The translations under genes were made by a program, and so were the position numbers. Shown here one piece after another: positions 59,653 to 64,000 of a stretch of 64,000 nucleotides of DNA. Position 1 is the first letter of the stretch. Each line of letters begins with the position of its first letter. Under the pieces are notes generated by a model. The model was given only the letters and a program-made list of their open reading frames with translations. It did no database searches and was not told the origin of the DNA. This DNA is from Promethearchaeota archaeon (lineage in GTDB: Archaea; Asgardarchaeota; Lokiarchaeia; Sigyniarchaeales; SOKP01), in contig JAHPZE010000001.1 of the NCBI GenBank assembly GCA_019058365.1, forward strand, positions 256,001 to 320,000, read 5' to 3'.

Positions 59653-60945
59653 CTATTTTGGGGGTTTTATTAAATAGGCTAATATTACCGCTACTACGGA
59701 CATTGCACCCATTACAATAAATAAGACCAAATAACTTCCGAATATAGTCACAAATAGATTAACTCCAACAGCACCGATAAATCCTGCGATCCCATAAGCA
59801 GTAAATACAATTCCATAATTAGGACCTAAATTCTTAGTGCCAAATAAATCAGCAGTAGCAGTCGGAAATAAGCTGAAATTCCCTCCAAAACAGAAATATA
59901 TTGCACAAGTCATTATTAGGAAGAATAACTCATTCACATTTGTTGTAAAGTAAATAAACATTAAAATCGCTTGAGTAGAAAACATTATTAGCATTGCTTT
60001 TTTATACGTCATGAAATCAGCTATTGTCCCCCATATAATCCTTCCTGCACCGTTAAATAATGCTGCTAAGCTACCTATAAATACAAAATCTGCTGTTCCT
60101 ATAATAAATATGAAATTATCTCCCGCATCGACAGTTTTAGCGAAAGAGGCATAAGATCCTATCACCATTAATCCACTTATAGCACTCAAGACAAATGTAG
60201 TCCAAAGTATCCAAAATTGGGGCAATCTTACTGTTTGAGCTCTTTCGAAATCAAGTCCTGATATTCCACTTTCTTCTGATGGGGGAGGAGGAACCCATCC
60301 TCGAGGCGTCCATCCTTCTGGAGGGTTACTCAAAGTCATTGCGCCTCCTACAATTAGAATTAAATAAATAATCCCTAAGATGATAAACATTAAGGGAATA
60401 TTTTGAGTAACTGTAGCAACAAAATTTGGATCAGTAGTTTCTAAACCAGAGGGATTAGCTAAAGCTTTTATTACATAATTAAATACAAACGACCCTGCTC
60501 CGAATCCTGCCACAGCAATTCCATTAATAAATCCCTTTTTATCTGGAAACCATTTACTTGCTGAAGCGATAGGGCAAACATACCCAAATCCAATTCCTGC
60601 TCCAAAAATAATACCATACGTAACTAATAGTCCTACAAAAGTAGTCATAAATGATGATAGAATAACACCACTCCCCAATAGAACTCCTCCAAGTATGGCA
60701 ATATTTCTAGGACCATATATTTGTTGTAGTTTCCCCGCGAAAATCATTGTTATTGCAAAAGACAATAAGCCTACGCCAAAAATGTAAACAGTTACTTCCT
60801 TGATTTCATTTAAATATGGGCTGACAAAGATAGTAAGTGTACCCCAAGAATATATTGTTCCTAATGCCAGTTGGATCATGATAGCTCCGATAACAACAAT
60901 CCAGCGATTTCTAATTTTTTGTTCCTCAGACATTTTTAATTTCAC
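59653..60945 (-). CDS. Oxalate/formate antiporter (OFA) family MFS transporter
   Basis: RW...LALGTIYSW, KWFPDKKG.INGIAVAGFGAG, FNGAGR, FGTKNLGPNYG. Confidence 0.92.
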   Translation of the reverse strand: MKLKMSEEQKIRNRWIVVIGAIMIQLALGTIYSWGTLTIFVSPYLNEIKEVTVYIFGVGLLSFAITMIFAGKLQQIYGPRNIAILGGVLLGSGVILSSFMTTFVGLLVTYGIIFGAGIGFGYVCPIASASKWFPDKKGFINGIAVAGFGAGSFVFNYVIKALANPSGLETTDPNFVATVTQNIPLMFIILGIIYLILIVGGAMTLSNPPEGWTPRGWVPPPPSEESGISGLDFERAQTVRLPQFWILWTTFVLSAISGLMVIGSYASFAKTVDAGDNFIFIIGTADFVFIGSLAALFNGAGRIIWGTIADFMTYKKAMLIMFSTQAILMFIYFTTNVNELFFLIMTCAIYFCFGGNFSLFPTATADLFGTKNLGPNYGIVFTAYGIAGFIGAVGVNLFVTIFGSYLVLFIVMGAMSVVAVILAYLIKPPK

Positions 60946-61132
60946 TTTAATAATTTTATATGTTTAAGAATTATATGAGGGATAAAAATATTTTTTTAAT
61001 ATTTAAAAATCGCTATACAAGATTTCTAATTATAAATATACAAAAAGGTGAATTTATTGGAGGTTATATAAACAAATTAATTAAGAGATTATATATTAAC
61101 AAGTTTTATAACACCCATACCTTCGTGAATAT

Positions 61133-62143
61133 ATGATGAGATTTGTTTCTGGCTTAAAGAATCTGGCAAAAAAGAGAATTTTATTAGGTATTATTGTTCT
61201 TTTTATCGTTTCTTGGTTTTTATTCACGTTTGGATTTAATGTGTTTTCAAATATCAAATTTAGTAAATATTTTTTAATATTTCTAGCGATTTTAGCTGGA
61301 TTTACATTTATTTTGTTCATTATATCATTTATTATACCTCTTGATAAAATGGGGGTAATAATAATTATTATATCAACAGTTTTGACTCTACCTGTTATGT
61401 GGATTTTTGGAAGGATTATTGAAATTTTTAGAATTTTTTGTTATGTTGCTAATATTGTTGTTACCGCATTTTTTGCCTTTAAATTTTGTATGGATACATC
61501 TACTAAAATTGATGATTACTTATACAAAAAAAAAGGGTCTAGAATATTTATACGGCCTATAGAATTTATTATTTTTTTCCTTCTTAGTTGGTGGTTTACA
61601 TCTTTAAGCATCAGATTTTTTGTTAGTTACCCTAATCCTGCCATACAAAGTTTAGCAAGGGTCTTTTTTGATTTATTCTTGGTAGGTTTAGCATTATTAG
61701 GTGTAGTATTTATTAGATTATTATTTACAAAGAAGTTTGCTGCATATATTTCCTTCTTTTATGTATTAACATTCTTTTATGTTTTCTATATTATTATTGA
61801 TCTTTGGGCAGTATTTATTTTTCTTGATACTGTGGGGTATGATCTTTTATCATTTTTCATTGATTTTCTTTTGTTTTTATATATAATTGGATCTATTTAT
61901 GAAAGAGTTGATTACATAAAAGAAAAACTTAAATTATTTAGAGCTGATACAATAGCTTTATTCGTAATTTTAATGAAACTTATAGTTCAAATTATAGATA
62001 TTTTAAGAGAACTTTTTCCTCCCGCTGATGTAGTACCAGGGTTAATACTTCAAGCCCAAATATTGTGGATTTTCTTTATGGTTTTTACACTGATAGTTGG
62101 AATATACACTATTTTTAGACATAAAGAAAGAAAAAGCTCCTAA
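61133..62143 (+). CDS. Multi-pass membrane protein, unknown function
   Basis: About 10 hydrophobic helices. Confidence 0.7.
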   Translation: MMRFVSGLKNLAKKRILLGIIVLFIVSWFLFTFGFNVFSNIKFSKYFLIFLAILAGFTFILFIISFIIPLDKMGVIIIIISTVLTLPVMWIFGRIIEIFRIFCYVANIVVTAFFAFKFCMDTSTKIDDYLYKKKGSRIFIRPIEFIIFFLLSWWFTSLSIRFFVSYPNPAIQSLARVFFDLFLVGLALLGVVFIRLLFTKKFAAYISFFYVLTFFYVFYIIIDLWAVFIFLDTVGYDLLSFFIDFLLFLYIIGSIYERVDYIKEKLKLFRADTIALFVILMKLIVQIIDILRELFPPADVVPGLILQAQILWIFFMVFTLIVGIYTIFRHKERKSS

Positions 62144-62227
62144 AAGAATTTGAGAAGAATTAATCACTAAGTTAAAATTTTTAAGTAGAAATCACTAATA
62201 AAAAATAAATAGATTTACTTATAATAT

Positions 62228-62494
62228 ATGAAAATGAGCGAAGCTAAGTTAAATCTAAAAAGGAACAGAATTTTTAAAAAATTGATGATATATCTTTTCA
62301 GTGTAATTAGCCTAGTAGCAATTATCATAATAGTTATCACACTATTTGTCAATGTGGTGAATAATGAAATGAATGATGGTGGTTGTGGTTGAGGGGGCTT
62401 CATATTCCCTCCTCAAATAATACATTCAGTGATAAATTATCTTGTCGATTATACTCTTAAGCAATCATATCTGCTCTCAATAATTTTAATATAA
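62228..62494 (+). CDS. Putative small membrane selenoprotein (88 aa, Sec at codon 55, C-G-U motif)
   Basis: MKMSEAKLNLKRNRIFKKLMIYLFSVISLVAIIIIVITLFVNVVNNEMNDGGCG[TGA 62390-62392]GGFIFPPQIIHSVINYLVDYTLKQSYLLSIILI*; SECIS-like hairpin starts 3 nt after the TAA. Confidence 0.65.
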
Positions 62495-62496
62495 AA

Positions 62497-62563
62497 TCCG
62501 AAAGGAATGAAACTTGCTAAAAAAGATTGGTAGTAAGCAGACCCACCTCGCAATGGTTTCGGA
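62497..62563 (+). promoter_or_regulatory. Eukaryote/Loki-type SECIS-like 3'UTR element
   Basis: AUGA 62507-62510; stem CUUGCUA (62513-62519) / UAGUAAG (62531-62537); A-rich loop; GA 62540-62541; closing helix UCCGAAA (62497-62503) / UUUCGGA (62557-62563). Confidence 0.62.
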
Positions 62564-62657
62564 ATTAAGAAGATGAATTTTAAGAAAAACTCAATGAGTT
62601 TAATTTTTATAAAAAATAATATAAAATTTTAATATTTTAATTAATATTGAGTTAATT

Positions 62658-62810
62658 ATGGTAAAAGCAATATTATCAGTAAATGAAAGAAAAATTCCGT
62701 TAAAGGATTTCATGCAAGAGATGCTTACAAATATAATTCAGGGCTATTTAAAAACAACTAAAGGAGTTCCTGAAAACATTGAACATATTAAAATTGAAAT
62801 AGACCTATAA
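62658..62810 (+). CDS. 50-aa protein resembling the stand-alone MobB C-terminal domain, not in ORF track
   Basis: MVKAILSVNERKIPLKDFMQEMLTNIIQGYLKTTKGVPENIEHIKIEIDL (L.VN.K.IPL..F....L.N.I.G....LKG pattern). Confidence 0.65.
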   Translation: MVKAILSVNERKIPLKDFMQEMLTNIIQGYLKTTKGVPENIEHIKIEIDL

Positions 62811-62870
62811 GGTTTGCATTTTAAGAGTTTCAAATCCTTCCAAAATAAGAAAAAAAAAGAATTTTTATAG

Positions 62871-64000
62871 TTATAGTTCTTGAATTGCCTTTTCTTTAGC
62901 AATTCTTTCTTCTTCAGTTAGTTCTGTTTCACCTCTTTTAACAAAAAACATAAAAACTAATGCGAATATGAAGAAGAATGAGGTTACTAAAAATAAGGTA
63001 GAATTACCGAGTCCATCTATTAATGCGCCTACCATAAATGGTCCTAATATTGCTGCCATAAAACTGAAGAAATAATATACCCCTGTATAAGTTCCAATCT
63101 TTTTGCTCGTAGGAGCCATTTCCCATACTATAACGATTGAATTGATATTAATAAAAGCCCAACCAATTCCTGCTATAAATAAGATTATTGTAATAACCGT
63201 TTCCGTTTGAATTAAAAAGCCTATAATTAGTGCACTAATAAAAAGGATTAAACCGATTTTGATTGTTAGTCTTCTCCCTATTTTTGAAGCCAGTATCCCA
63301 GCTGGAAGTGCTGAAAGAAGAAATGCAATAGCTACGTACAACAACATGAACCCTGCATCACCACGTGACAACCCCAATACATCCATACCATAAACTGTAA
63401 AAAGAGCTTCTAACGCTTGATATCCGACAAACCATGAAAAAATTGCTAAAAGTATAAATAGTGTAGATTTATCCTCTTCAGATAAGATGTCTTTAAAACT
63501 TTCGATTAGATTAGGTCTATCTTTTTTATCTTTAATTTTTTGCCCTTCTACTTCCTCCCTTTCTAAAATTAGTTTATAGCTATAAGATTCCTTCTCTTTT
63601 ATTGTCAGTAGTAAGATAATTAAAGAGGCAACCATAATAATAGCAACTGCGAAAAATGCGGCAAATAGACTAATCGGTACAAGGAATTTATTAAAGAGGT
63701 ATGCAATTAAAGCTCCAATTCCACCCATGAAATTGATAACGGCATTTCCTTTACTTCTATTTACAGGTTCTACAAAATCTGGCATAATTGCTACTGCTTG
63801 TGATCTGTAAGATGCCATACTTATATTAAAAAAGAACATCCATATAAGTAAAAGCCATAAAGGATCTTGGGTAGGATTAATAGTAGAAATCATAATAAAG
63901 AATATAGCAGCAAGAGGAATTCCAACGATTAAATAGGGCATCCGACGACCAAGTCTTGTTCGTGTATTATCTGAAACTGTACCCATAATAGGTTGGACAA
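62871..64000 (-). CDS. MFS/GPH sugar transporter (SLC45/MalT-like), 5' end outside window
   Basis: QPIMGTVSDNTRTRLGRRMPY, AIMPD, RSKGNAVINFMGG, GTYTGVYYFFS. Confidence 0.9.
   Translation of the reverse strand, partial: VQPIMGTVSDNTRTRLGRRMPYLIVGIPLAAIFFIMISTINPTQDPLWLLLIWMFFFNISMASYRSQAVAIMPDFVEPVNRSKGNAVINFMGGIGALIAYLFNKFLVPISLFAAFFAVAIIMVASLIILLLTIKEKESYSYKLILEREEVEGQKIKDKKDRPNLIESFKDILSEEDKSTLFILLAIFSWFVGYQALEALFTVYGMDVLGLSRGDAGFMLLYVAIAFLLSALPAGILASKIGRRLTIKIGLILFISALIIGFLIQTETVITIILFIAGIGWAFININSIVIVWEMAPTSKKIGTYTGVYYFFSFMAAILGPFMVGALIDGLGNSTLFLVTSFFFIFALVFMFFVKRGETELTEEERIAKEKAIQEL

Noticed and set aside
4191-61320. Numerous 60-160 aa ORFs antisense to or nested in long genes (e.g. 4191, 14970, 29069, 34288, 40397, 48199, 53430)
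   Set aside because: They overlap well-supported genes and lack motifs; expected shadow ORFs.
62215-62403. ORF-track 62-aa minus-strand ORF (MKPPQPQPPS...)
   Set aside because: It is the antisense shadow of the + strand TM/GGCG-U-GG gene; the Pro/Gln run is the reverse complement of the Gly/Cys codons.
1-64000. tRNA, rRNA, CRISPR arrays, transposases, integrases
   Set aside because: No cloverleaf-like GC-rich segment, regularly spaced repeat array or recombinase motif was recognised by eye; a tRNAscan/Infernal run would be needed to exclude small RNAs.

Overview
AT-rich archaeal chromosome segment, most consistent with Lokiarchaeia/Promethearchaeota (Asgard). The evidence is inferential: HdrA/MvhD genes, two Roadblock/LC7 proteins, a ubiquitin-fold protein, a vWA-RING protein, an AN1 zinc finger, and GGAGG/GGTGA ribosome-binding sites. 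No rRNA, tRNA, CRISPR array or transposase was recognised. Best candidate for an undescribed system: a small + strand gene missing from the ORF track (62228-62494). It encodes a single-pass membrane protein with an in-frame UGA in a GGCG-U-GG motif, followed immediately by a eukaryote-type SECIS-like hairpin (AUGA / stem / A-rich loop / GA), i.e. a putative new Asgard selenoprotein. Other highlights: (1) an HdrA-MvhD operon in which MvhG is fused to a cysteine-less relic of the NiFe large subunit, followed by FrhB with an inserted GltD/NfnB module, and TusA; (2) a very divergent RtcB-like ligase; (3) a TFIIH p44/Ssl1-like vWA-double-RING protein; (4) a ubiquitin-like protein ending in -AG; (5) a glycyl-radical enzyme with an atypical glycine loop; (6) a bactofilin + RHH/PCI-like operon with repeated operator-like motifs; (7) two pseudogenes and several unannotated small ORFs. 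All family assignments come from motif recognition by eye, not database searches.
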